Shown here: positions 38,111-49,753 of the stretch, piece after piece
How positions within the stretch are numbered: the first letter of the stretch is position 1
Layout of the letters: each line of letters begins with the position of its first letter
Assembly (NCBI GenBank): GCA_001179505.1
Contig: CDMY01000283.1
Span: forward strand, 62,001-126,000
DNA length: 64,000 nt
Direction: 5' to 3'
Source of the DNA: Vitrella brassicaformis CCMP3155
Lineage: Eukaryota > Protista > Chromerida
Translations under genes and position numbers: made by a program
The notes under the pieces: model-generated
The model's input: the letters and a program-made list of their open reading frames with translations, nothing else
Database searches by the model: none
Told to the model about the DNA's origin: nothing

Positions 38111-38830
38111 ATGAAGACGATCATTCAGGCAAGAGTGATGGCACAAGCGAAGACCAAGACGGTCCGGCGAGTGGAGCAGGAACAGCGCAGACAGAAAAGC
38201 CACGAGCGAGAGGCAGGTGAGTTCGCCAAGGTGTGTGTGCATTGCTGTCATGCGTGCCCGAATCGGTGAGTGGAGCGTGGATGTGGGTTGCCTCACTCCT
38301 CATTCGTGCATTTTTTCGCAGACCGAAGAGGAGCTCAAGGAGCGCAAAGACCGCCGCAGGAAGCGTCACGAGGAGGACGTCGACCGGTTCGCCAAGCTGC
38401 TTGAGAAGATCACTCAGCAGCTCGACGACAAGGAGGGAGAGGCAGCCAAGTCCAAGGCCAAGGACGCCGAGGAGTCGCGCAAGAAAACGAAAGCTCGACA
38501 GGTACTCGGGCGAAACATACATCGGCCATTGCCGCGTACACGGAAGTGGAGCTATGATGCATCTGCTGTCATGAGTGCAGCGCAAGGCGACCCGCGTTAA
38601 GCGCGCGAAGGCGGCCCAACTGCGCGACGAACATGAGACGGCACGGGTATGATTTAAGAAAAAGCGTGTCAATTGTCGCATCAGGATGGATGGTTTTTTG
38701 TGTGTATGTCTGCGTCTGTGTGTGTGCAGCTGATCCGTATCCTCTCTGGCAAGCTCGAAGTCCGTCAGCGCATCCATCCCTCCCCCCCACACACATCAAC
38801 CACATGGATGGATCTCTTCCGTGTGTGTGT
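38111..38830 (+). CDS. Family C charged coiled-coil gene
   Basis: MKTIIQARVMAQAKTK...EFAK | TEEELKERKDRRRKRHEEDVDRFAKLLEKITQQLDDKEGEAAKSKAKDAEESRKKTKARQ | RKATRVKRAKAAQLRDEHET | LIRILSGKLEV...; 3' end uncertain. Confidence 0.45.
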
Positions 38831-41800
38831 GTGTGTATCAGTCCGTTTGCTGATGTTCGCCCCCGTAACTCTTTTCTTCGTAAGGCCTGTCCGTTTTCTC
38901 TCACCATTACTATGCCGGTCTCGTCTGTCAGTCGCTTGGTCCTTGAGCGTCGGGCGTTTTTCTGCGGCTGCACGAGTGCCCCACACATGCTGCTGCGTGC
39001 GCGTCTCACTCCACTGATCGGGGTAGGCAGGCAGGCAGAGAGACCAACACCACCACCACCACCGACCACATAAGATACGTACTCGTATGCTACACTAGAC
39101 ATCTCCTTTCATCTCGTCTCTATCCAGATATCGCGTGGAGAGAGCCTTGCGTGTCGCTACCTGTCCGTCGTCGGTCGATCTTTGGCTTGACATGTAGTGC
39201 TTGATTGCAAGAGAGATGGGTACACCTCCGTGTGTGGCGAGTGTGTGGCATGTCTGCCTGTGGTCAGGGAGCCTTTCGTCTGTCTGTCTAGTCCACTCTT
39301 TCTGTCGGGCACCGGTTTGCGCGAGACAACAAAAGCCAGGACTCAGCCAGCTAAGGCGTTTTCGTGCGTGCGAGCGTGTCCGTATCTCACACCACACCTG
39401 TGTGCAACTGCAACTGCTCGCTCTCACCGTCCTGTCTGTCTGACTCCACACACCTGTGCAATAGGGACAGAAGTGACACATGGGTTCCATGGGAATGAGA
39501 CCTTCGCGTTAATGGCCTTTCCCCACGCTGGGCTTTCTCTCATGTCGCCAACTGCACTGGGGGAGTGCGATGGCCTGCATCGCGGGGTGATGTGAGTCGT
39601 GTGGGGTCACTTCTGGCTGGCTGGCTGGCTGGCTGCATGGATGGATGGATGAACAGCCGGGCTGACGTTTCTTTTGTGTTGATGCGTGGTGAGTCGGGCG
39701 GGGAGGGGGGGATGGCAGACAGCGGCATGGGTGATCAAGTATGATTTGGTTCGGTGTGGTCTGTGCCGATTGATTGCATTGCGTCGATTTGTGTGGTTGT
39801 GCTGCCAGTGATCCATCCCGACTCCCACCCACTCAGTCAGCCTCCCTCTGGTGCATGGCGGGGCGAGCCAGTGTTCCCTTTTAAGGGTCGCGTGTGTGTG
39901 TGGCTTTTGCCTGCTTTGCCCGCCCTTATCTCAGTGGCGCGGCAGACAGACAGACAGACAGGCTGCACGTCAGGCAGTGTTGTGGTGATGGATGGCTGGG
40001 TGACCCGTGTCGCTTCATGGATAGGGGCGGGCAGCAGGGAGGCCGAGAGAGAGACCCTACGCCCACCCACACACATGCCATCGCCCCGCCCCTGTCACGT
40101 GTCGTCGTGTCTGGTCGTTTTCGACAAGCAGTCAGCCCACACACACACACAAACTCATGGATGGCAATGATGGATGGATCATGTCTGTGCGTGTGGGGGC
40201 ACACAAGCATCCTGTCTGTGCGTGTGGGGGGACACAAGGGTGGGACACCGACGATTTTTCTGTGCAATATGGGACACAGGACTGACTGAGAGCGTTTAAT
40301 GGCTTGCCAGTCCCTTGCGGGTGTGTGGGTGCATGCATGGGAGGGAGAGAGTGTGGGAGGAATGCTGATATGAGAGTGAGGGCGATGGAGGAGTGTGGTG
40401 TGCGGTATATCATCGCTGTCTACATCTTATATTCCGTGGGTGAGTGGTTTGTCAATGGATGGACCGGATCGTGCTCAAATGATAAACCCAGTATGTCAGC
40501 CTATAGCAAAGTTGAACCCACCACACCAATGGTAGCCATCGCCAGCACACAAAAAGAAACGGCAGCTCTCTCTACTTCACTCATCTGATCTAACAGAGCC
40601 TTGCGCACACTGCGCTTTCTGAGTCAGACTGAGTGTCATCCAAAGCCCCACATCAGCTGTCGTTGATGTGGGGCCAATCAGTTGACGGCAGCCGAGCTTG
40701 GTGAATCAGCAGCTAGCAGCAGCGCCATGCCGCTGATAGCGATAGTCAGAGCCGCTGGACGCTGATTGGCGGGCTGGTGTGGAGGGCCTCATGAGCCAAC
40801 ACAGCTATCGTCTGCGCCGAAAAGACTGCAACCATCACACACACACGGACATTTGTTCATCGCTGACCTGACCAGTCCTGTTGCCGCAGTAGAGCGCTCC
40901 AGTCACCCTCTCTTGTTCCACATCGCTGCTGCTCCGTCAGCCGCTGACCAGCCACGTCATCACAGCCAATCCCCAGCCGTGTCTGCGTCGTCGAGCCACG
41001 TCCATGCACAATCCGAGAGAGAGATCACTGGTCGAATCTCTCCGCCAATGAATGTCATTCCCTGTGCATCCAATCAGTGATGGAATCTTTGCCCACCGAG
41101 TAGAGCTGACGGGATCTGGAGGGTGCATGAGCCTGCTGGGGGGCAGAGAAAGGCGAAGATCTAAACAATCGACAGCATTGGCTCGTGCTCCCGTGAATTA
41201 CCATCTATCCCCCCTTCCCTCTTCCCCCCTCGGCTCGTCTGCGCGCTTGGCTTGCACACGAGCACGTTTTTTTCCCCTCCTCCACGCCTCCCTCCCCTCT
41301 CCAGGCGTGTTCTCGCCCAACGCGAACGCGAGCGCAAACGCGAACGCGAACCCGAACCCGAGCCCCGCCCGCCCAGGAGCTCGCCTAACGTCGAGCTCGC
41401 TGTCAGAGAGGCTGCTTCAGAGAAAGCGATTCCCCCCGCTCCTGCCTTCCAGAAGATGCCGCGTGGTCGTCACCTCTCGATTCGCACGAGATCTGGCTCA
41501 CTTGATCCGTTGCTCATGCTGCCCAGATTTGCATCCATCTGATGGCTTCTCGTGACCTTCTGACCACATCGGCGCATCAGCGGTGGTCACTTTACTGCCG
41601 AGATCATCAGACGGCCTTCAGCTGCTGCCTCGGCAGTCACCATCTATCCAGCCTTGTTTGCCGTGACGCCACGGCGAACTTGAGGGCTTGAGGACTTCAC
41701 GCGTCGTGACGGCCATCGAGTGAGGCAGCTCTAAGCCCAAGGCAGAGGGCGGATGTGGCTTCAATTCATCCGCGTGGCCTTAGACCAGAGGTGAGAAGGC

Positions 41801-42615
41801 AGAGCACAGTGTGACATCCGTTCTGGTGCGTGTCAGGGCGCAGCAGGCTGTCGTGCCGCTTTGATTGCCTCATTCGTCGCCATGGTCTTCGGCACCAGCG
41901 TGAATGTGTGCGCAGCTGCCCTGATGACCTGCTCGATCGTCTGCAGAATCAAGAGTGTGTGGATGGACGGCATTGGCATTGATAGATCACTGCGGGACAC
42001 TCGTCTGATGATTTCATGCACTCGTGGATGGATGGCTGGATGGTGCGTGGACGGATGCTGCTATGGGACTTGGTCAATACATGGAACTCATTCACTGACA
42101 AGACCACACGCATTCACAAGTGCACGTCAAGTTGCTGCGTCAAGAGACGCACTAGCTACCGGTTGATCGCTGGCTGAGCCTGACTACCAAAAGCCACACA
42201 AACACACACACACAGTGCAGCTATCTAAAGCGCTCACCCATCTATCCATCCATCATCCATCCATCATCCATCCATCATCCATCCATCAGTGTGTTCGCCT
42301 GACTATCAGGATCCACATAAATATCTGATCTACAGGTAAGCGCACCAACTGGTCTATTCACCCTCACGGAACACTGAAGTTGTCACCCAAGGCGGAACCC
42401 CCCATACACAAATAGGCTGGAAACGGCCATTCAAACGCGCGAGTCAGTCATATCCGTTTGTTCTCATACCGAAAAAGAACGCCCATTCATTCGCTGTGTG
42501 TGTGAGTCTGTCTGTCTGTCAGCCGCTCGATGCCCGCCGGACACAAAGGGTGATTGACACCCAACGTGTCCGGTTCACCATCGAGCGGCCGACAGTCAGC
42601 AAACCGACAGACGAT

Positions 42616-43975
42616 GCACCCATCACACGCACCGCACGTCGACAGACAGAGAACGACTATCTGTGTGTGAGTTGAGTGTGTGAAGGTGGACCCTCTCTCC
42701 CTCCCGACATTCACAACCAAAAACCCATCCGTCCATCCGTCCGTCTATCTGCCAGCCAGCCAGTCAGCCAGCGCTCACATCACATCACATCACCTCACGT
42801 CAGTCAGGCCACGGGACACCACAGCAAGCCATGGCGACAAACCACAAACCAGAATCGCTCATTCACCGTCACCCACAGCACAACGACGGACGTCACTCAG
42901 CGACCCACAGCAGACATCGCATCGCACCGCATCGCCCCACATCACTCTCACTCAGACCGCAGCCGGCAGGCAGGCAAGCCATCCGTCCATCCATCACTCC
43001 ATCCATCCATCAACACACACTCTTTCAGTCAGTCACTCAGCACACACTCTTTCAGTCAGTCACTCGGCAAGTGAGATCACTACGTGTGGGTGTGGGTGTG
43101 GGTGAGGTGGCGGGGGGCCTGTCAGTCAGTCAGTCAGTGAGGGAGTGGGTGTGTGGGTGTGGTGCGCCTCGTCGGAAAAGACTCGCGCACAGTCAGTGAG
43201 TGAGTGTGTGTGTGTGCGGTGGGCGGGGAGGCCATACAACGGACGAGGCGGACGAGGCAGACGTGGCAGACAACAGACAGACATCAGACATCAGGGGCAG
43301 CTACGCCGTCGGTGCACTCACACATCTCCTTGTGTGTGAGGTGAGTGAGCTAGTGGTCTGTCTGCCTGCCGCTGTCTGTCTGTCTGTCTGTCTGTGTCTG
43401 TGGCCTCCCTCCCTCCGTCCATCCCGCAACACACCCTCTCCCAGCACCGCACTGCACCCATCACACGCACCGCACGTCGACAGACAGAGAACGACTATTT
43501 GTGTTTGAGTTGAGTGTGTGAAGGTGGACCCTCTCTCCCTCCCGACATTCACAACCAAAAACCCATCCGTCCATCCGTCCGTCTATCTGCCAGCCAGCCA
43601 GCCAGCCAGCCACCGCTCACATCACATCACATCACCTCACGTCAGTCAGGCCCCGGGACACCACAGCAAGCCATGGCGACAAACCACAAACCAGAATCGC
43701 TCATTCACCGTCACCCACAGCACAACGACGGACGTCACTCAGCGACCCACAGCAGACGTCGCATCGCACCGCATCGCCCCACATCACTCTCACTCAGACC
43801 GCAGCCGGCAGGCAGGCAAGCCATCCATCAGTCCATCCATGCATCCATCCATCCATCAACACACACCTTCAGTCAGTCAGTCAGGGAGTGAGATAACTAC
43901 GTGTGGGTGTGGGTGTGTGCGAGGTGGCGGGGGGCATGTCAGTCACTCAGTCAGCGGCAGTCAGTCAGGGAGTGA
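42616..43975. repeat. Two-copy direct duplication of a microsatellite mosaic, period about 838 bp
   Basis: gcacccatcacacgcaccgcacgtcgacagacagagaacgactat at 42616 and 43454; units contain (catc)n, (cagt)n, (cacat)n. Confidence 0.85.
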
Positions 43976-43999
43976 GTAGGTGCGAGGGTGGGTGGCGGT

Positions 44000-45139
44000 C
44001 TAGGCGGTCTTGGCCATCCACACCTGCACACACACATCAACACAAAGCGTGAAATGAGTGAATGAGTGGACGTGTGTGCCCATCTGTCTACCTTTCGAGC
44101 GGTGTTGTGGAACTTCTTGGATGTCTGCAGCTTCAGCTTCACGATGCCCTCCGCAGTTACGATCCAGAATGGATTCTGCACACACAGACAAAGTCATTCG
44201 GGCATCTAAGGGTGTGTGCGTCGGTGTGTGTATGTGTGGATGTCCGATCTTTCCGCACCTCATCCTCGGCGGCAGCAGGGTCTTTCATGGGCAGGTGGTG
44301 CTTGTCGTTGGTGCACTCCTGCACACACAGAGATAAACATACGTCGATGTCTCACAGCAGCGAATCATCAGACTTCTGTGTGAGAGCTTTACCTTGGACT
44401 CAGCGACTTTCTGAAATCATCAGACACAAACACACATACACAGAACCACATACACACATTGATGGACAGCCATGCAGGCGTCTGTGCTGGCGAGTGTCGC
44501 TGTGTGTACCTTGGAGGTGGCAGTGGTGGTCGGCTGCTTGCTCTTGGGGGGGCCGTTGGCCCACATGCCCTTGTTGTTCTGTGGACAATCGCATGTGTGT
44601 ACACGTCTGTTGGTTTCGGGTGTGCCGCTTCTGCATACCTTGGCCGACTGCTTGAATTCCTTGTCGTCCTGGCTGCCAGGCAGTGAAGGGTAGTCCTGTC
44701 AGCCACACACAGCAGCAATTCATCAGATGTTCATTCGTGTTAAGCGTGTGTGTGTCGTGCTCACGTTCTCGTCCTTACCGAACTGGAAACCCCGTAATCA
44801 GAGCACACACACACATACACACACACAGAGGGACAGACATGCAGGCATCTGTGTGCGCGTGGCTGCAAGTGTGTGTCACTCTGCGCACCGTGTCGCTGCC
44901 GGTGCCGGTGGTGGTGCTGGCAGTCGGCGTCGGCGGGTCCTTCTTGACTGGCTGCTGCAAAAAATCAAGACCGCACCAATGGCTCCCGACGTGCCTTCTC
45001 CTTCCCTATTCTCTCTCTCATCACCCTCCCTCGCTTAACATACCTTCACAACTTCGCGCCACTGAAACTTGGGCGATGCCGGCTGCTGGCGACAAACTCC
45101 ATGAGGACCCCGAGGACGAAAACCACCATGACGCCCCAT
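44000..45139 (-). CDS. Inverted family A gene, open frame but knuckle deleted
   Basis: MGRHGGFRPRG...FQWREVVK | QPVKKDPPTPT | FGKDEN | DYPSLPGSQ | NNKGMWANGPPK | KVAESK | ECTNDKHHLPMKDPAAAEDE (exon 7 fused to the tail of the knuckle exon) | NPFWIVTAEGIVKLKL | VWMAKTA*. Confidence 0.65.
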
Positions 45140-48100
45140 CGCGCGACGGACGGACGGAATACGGACGGACGGACGGAAGATGGACGGACGGACAGACGGC
45201 AGAGGGCCTCGCTGGTTGGCTGCTCGGTGGCTGGCTGGCTGGCTCGCGGGATGGCACACGGCTGGCTGGAGAGGGAGAGGGGTGAGAGAGGGAGAGAGGG
45301 ACGCCTGGCTGGCTCAGGCTGCTCACGGGTGTGCACGCGCGTCGCACCTGCCCCTCGAAGGCAGGTAGGGATTCGTCCAGTAGGGTTCTCCGCTGGCCTG
45401 ACCGGTCACTGGCACTGGACTCGGACAACCTTTTAGCCACATCGTGCCTTGATTCGGCGAGGGATCATCCAGTGCGATGGGTAGACCCATCCAGGGCTGA
45501 CAGGAAAGACGGCCGCCGAGGAGAAGCAGGCCGTCTCCCGATCGAAGAAAAGAAGAAGCGCGCAGGTGAGACGAGGGGAAGAAGGAGCTTGGGAGATTCT
45601 GAGAAGCGCAGGCTCGAGTGGCGGATGAGAGCGAGTGGACCAAGTTCTGGCGAGAATGAGGGCTTGACGAATGAGATGGAGAAAGGAGGCAGGCCAGATG
45701 CAGAAGAGGAGCACACGACAGTGAGTGCGTGTAGATGGACAGTGCCTTTCTGTGTGTTCCTTGCCTGCCTGCTGAGCCATTCATCGCTGTTCGTGACTGG
45801 TTCGCTTGCATGACGGACTCAATTTCATGGTCATGGCTTCGTGTCAAGGGTTCTCGCCTCATTGCAACAAATGTCGAGCACGTGAGAGCGTTAAGGACAC
45901 GTCGACATGTTCACAGCCCAGTGGACGTGTCTGTCTTCCACACACAAACAGTCACCTTTCTCTGTGGGCGCCGTGGGGGAGTGCATGTCGACTTTGTCCC
46001 TTGTGTGCGTGTGTGTGTGTGTGTGCGTGGCAGCCGTTTCCAGGGACTACCGATGAGAGAGCGGCCGTCCACTGGCGGCCGCTGCCTCGTCGGTTGGTGT
46101 GCATGGGTTTGCCACGAAGGTGAGTGAGTGGGTGGGCATTTTGGCGTGGCGGCTGACGTTTTGTTTGTTTGTTTGTTTGTTCGTTCGAACGACGAAGTGG
46201 AGTTGATTTTGTTTGTTTGTTCGTTCGTTCGTTCGTTCGATGTCAGCGCCACACCGCCCATTCACATCCATGTGTCTGTCCATTCATCCATTCATCCATC
46301 CATCGGCCTTGCCACAAAACTTAGAGAGCAATGCCCACAAGACAAAAACGCTTCAAACACGACTCATCCCTCTGTCTGTCTGCTATGTATTGTCTGTCTG
46401 TCTGTGTGTCTCTTTGTCAGCTCGGCAACTCCTCTGTCCCACACCCGTCCATCCATCCGTCCATCTTGCGCTCGGCTGCCCTCTATGGCCCCTCCTTCCC
46501 CTCATCCGCCGCTGCAGCTGCTTTTCAGAGGTCCCCTTGTTGATGCTGCCTCGGATGCTCCATTGCCCTAACTGCCGTGGCTGTGCCGCTGCCTAGCGGT
46601 GGCCGTCTTGGGCGAACACAGAGAGCGTGGGGTGGCCGTCAAGAAGAAGGGCGGCGGGAGAGGGAAAAGGGCGGAGAGACACGAATCTCCCGGTGGAGAG
46701 GAGGGCGCACGCTGCTGCTGCGGCTCCTGGTGCTGGTGGTGCTGCCCGTTTTGTTGATCGATCCACGACTGCAGCAGAGAGGAGGCAGCAGCGGATGGCA
46801 CGGATGAATGCCATGCAGACGGCCCCTCTTTCTCCCTCACCGTGGCGGCGCACGGAGGCGAGAGACGCATGAATTCATCCTCCTCCTTTGGCACCGAAGA
46901 AGGCCCTCTTGATAAGGTTGCATTGCCGCAACCGCCGTGGCTGGGTCACTGCCGAGTGCTCGTTGCGCAGAGAGAGGGCGTGAAGGTGGCCATCGATGAG
47001 AAAAGCCGAGGGAAGGGGAGAGGGAGGGGAAATGAGCAGCCGCTAAGGTGTTGGGGGTGCCCCTGCTGCTGCTGCGGAGACATGACCTTTTTGCTGATCG
47101 ATCCCTGACTGACAAAAACAAAAACCGTGCACAAGCGGATGAACTTTTGACCTGCAGCTCCATCTCTCGCTGACCATCTCTTGCTGAGGAGCACAGCCGC
47201 CCGAAATGCATGAGCTCAGTCGGCAAGGGATACTGTAGGTGGAGTTTTGAAGATAAGATATAGCCACCCCACAGCACCTGCCCGCTCGCTCTGCTCGGCA
47301 GGATGCCTGGGATGCATGGCGTCTCATCAGCTGCGTCAAACACAGTCGCCCTCCGTCGTTGCAGCGGTCCGGCGGATGGTGGGGACCTGTTTGCGCTGAG
47401 GGGCTGGCGGGGAACCATGAGGGGGTGCGATGAGTGCGGCCTTGGCGCTCACGAGCCGCCTATGTCCCCGGTGACGGCAGGAGACAACTGAGCTGGCCGT
47501 TGTTCCCAACGGCCTGGCTGTGAATTATTTTGATCCCGACCTATATGGATGGGGGGATGGGGGGATTCTGGGCTTTGACATTTCGTTTCCACCCTTGATC
47601 ATCGGTCTGTGGAGGCCAATCGGCCCCTCCTTTACACGTGGTGCAAGCAGGTGCACGAGATGTTTTCGTGGCTGATGGTCTGCACTTGTGGATGTGGAGT
47701 GCTCACAGACCCTCGTCCGTCCATCCGTCCAGACGCCACCACACGACTTACATGGCATCCTTTCTCCACCTGTCGCTTCATGCTCCGCTGGTGGACTCCG
47801 CCATCTGCAAATTCGGCCGGCGGCCAGGCAGCGACGACCCGGTGCACACTCGACTATCATTGGTACTCGAGTGCGTCGTCACATACGGTCATAAAACCAC
47901 GCACCCATCGAGTATGGCCGACACAACAGCACTAGCGGTCCTTGCTCCCCCCTCTGTCCAGCTGTCGAGGGGCCAGCGAACCTCAGACAGGCTGACAGAG
48001 AGAGATGTATATCTATCAAATCGATGACAAATACCACTCAAACACCACACACAGCGAAAAACAGACACACTCGCCACGCTCGCCACAATTTGCCACATTA

Positions 48101-48459
48101 AGAGCGACCCTGGTCAACCAACCTCCTAGACCGCCACACCACACCGCACCCCGCCTCACAAAGAAAACGCCCCACACCCACTTGCACCACAAAGGCAGCC
48201 AAGCCAAGCCAAGCCCAGCCAGAGAGGGAGAAAAATGGAGACAGTAGGTAGGCAGTATGGTATGTCGGTAGGTCCATCAGCCAGTCGCAGAAAGCACCCA
48301 CTCATTCCTCCCTCTCCCTCTCTCCATCAACACGTGATGTGATAGCTCGTGTGTCGGATTGCCCACCAGCAGGGCAACGGAATAGCGACTCACCACCAAC
48401 GCAAAAACCGCCCCATCCATCCATCCATCCATCCATCCATGGGCATCAGCAACGCGCTG

Positions 48460-49719
48460 TCAGCTCTTCTTGCCGGGCTGGTCTTGCTTGAGGCTGCTGC
48501 CGCCCGCTGCTGCTGGTGGAGGTGGTGGTGGTCGGGGAGGGGGTGGGGGAGATAGGGGCGGCTCCTCGGCCGCCATGTGCTTCTTCTCCTGCTGCTGTTT
48601 GTGTTGCAGCTGCTGTGGGCTGCCAGCGTAGCCATTGAGCCTTGGTGCGGGGGCAGGAGCGGGAGCGGGCTCTTTCTCCCTCTGCTTCTGAGGGGCGGCG
48701 GGGAGCACCTTGTCCGCCCTGTCCGAATGCTGGTGCTGGTCGGCCGCATTTAGAGTGGCATTGTTGGGGAAGACGATCTTGGTGTGCTGGCCGTCCGACT
48801 CGCTGGCATCGAAAGCATTGAGGGCCGTCACCCCACCCAACTCGTTGCGGATGTCGGTCTCCCACTGGGTCGACTGCTGCTCCAGCTCTTGGAGGTTCCT
48901 CGTCAGCTCGTTCTCTCGCTGAGAGGCCTCCAGTGCTGCACACAACAACACACACACAGAGAGAGAGAGAGGGGGAGGGAGAGAGAGACGGGCATTTCGA
49001 CGTGGCTGGGGAGGCGGGGTGTGGGTGTTGGTGAAGGACCTTCGAGGGCTTGCAGCAGTATCGCCTCGTTCTCAGCCTTGGTCTGCTCGAGGAGCTTGAG
49101 CGACATCTCGAGCTCCTCCTCCTTCTGCCGCTTGGCCCCCTCGAGCTGCTCCAGCTGCTGCCGCAGACTCAGCTCCTTCAGGGCGCTCTCCTCCCGCAGA
49201 TCGGCGATGCTCCGCATGAGTGTCTCCTCGCTCTCCATCTTGGAGGCCTCCAGCTCCTTCAAAGCCGACTGGAGGCTCACCTCACTCGTGGTGGACCGCT
49301 GGTCGATGAACAGATGCACCAAAGCATACACATGATGTGTGTGGGCGAGGGTGGGAGAGGGAGGAAGGGAGGGAGGGAGGGGGTGCGTACCTCTTCAAAG
49401 GTGCGTAGGTACTCGAGGAGCTCGTCTTCCTTCTTCTGCTTCTCCACCTCCACGGACTGCAGCTGTGTCCGCAGACGGGCCTCCCTCTCGGCGGACGCCT
49501 ACATGCACACATCGCACCAACACACCATCACACAATGACACACACGGCACTGCATGGTGGTGTGGGTGGGTTGGTTGAAGGGGTACCTACCTGTTCCAGG
49601 TCCATGAGGCTTCTGGTGAGCCGCTCCTCGTTCTCTTTCTTGGACGCCTCCAGGTTCTCAAGGGCCTTCCGCAGCTCAGCCTCACTCGCAGACCGCTGCA
49701 CGCAATGCCACACAACACA

Positions 49720-49753
<34 letters not shown>

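Larger units (their letters stand above)
7400..38830 (+). other. Mosaic tandem array of three intron-rich gene families (A: CCHC zinc-knuckle basic proteins; B and C: coiled-coil proteins), many pseudogenised or chimeric
   Basis: The same exons and introns recur: W-R/Q-x-V-V-K first exon, [DN][FY]PxLPG exon, knuckle exon, DPRF[YH]IV exon, NPFWII exon, KW[MV]PK terminal exon, ELIRLLKEKLRAERE exon, KAKEAQEARKKAK exon. Confidence 0.9.

Noticed and set aside
40645-40674. 11-bp perfect inverted repeat gccccacatca/tgatgtggggc as a Helitron 3' hairpin or terminator
   Set aside because: No CTRR terminus at the expected distance on either strand, and intrinsic terminators are not relevant in this eukaryotic context.
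39075-42160. Hairpin + CTAG candidates for Helitron ends (about 39098 and 42154)
   Set aside because: Stems are short or wrongly spaced, CTAG is not followed by T, and no matching 5' TC end or Rep/helicase was found.
41052-42166. Possible exons of a low-complexity or hydrophobic protein (REPEPEPR / NANA repeat; LIASFVAMVFGTSV)
   Set aside because: Could not assemble a consistent start-to-stop model or recognise a domain.
7400-45139. Calling the knuckle array an autonomous LTR or LINE retrotransposon
   Set aside because: No RT (YxDD), integrase, protease, endonuclease, LTR pair, PBS or poly-A tail seen, and the genes carry many spliceosomal introns.
46568-47194. Minus-strand Q/S/P-rich open stretch
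   Set aside because: Interrupted by an in-frame TGA at 46946 and has no recognisable domain; possibly a pseudo-exon.
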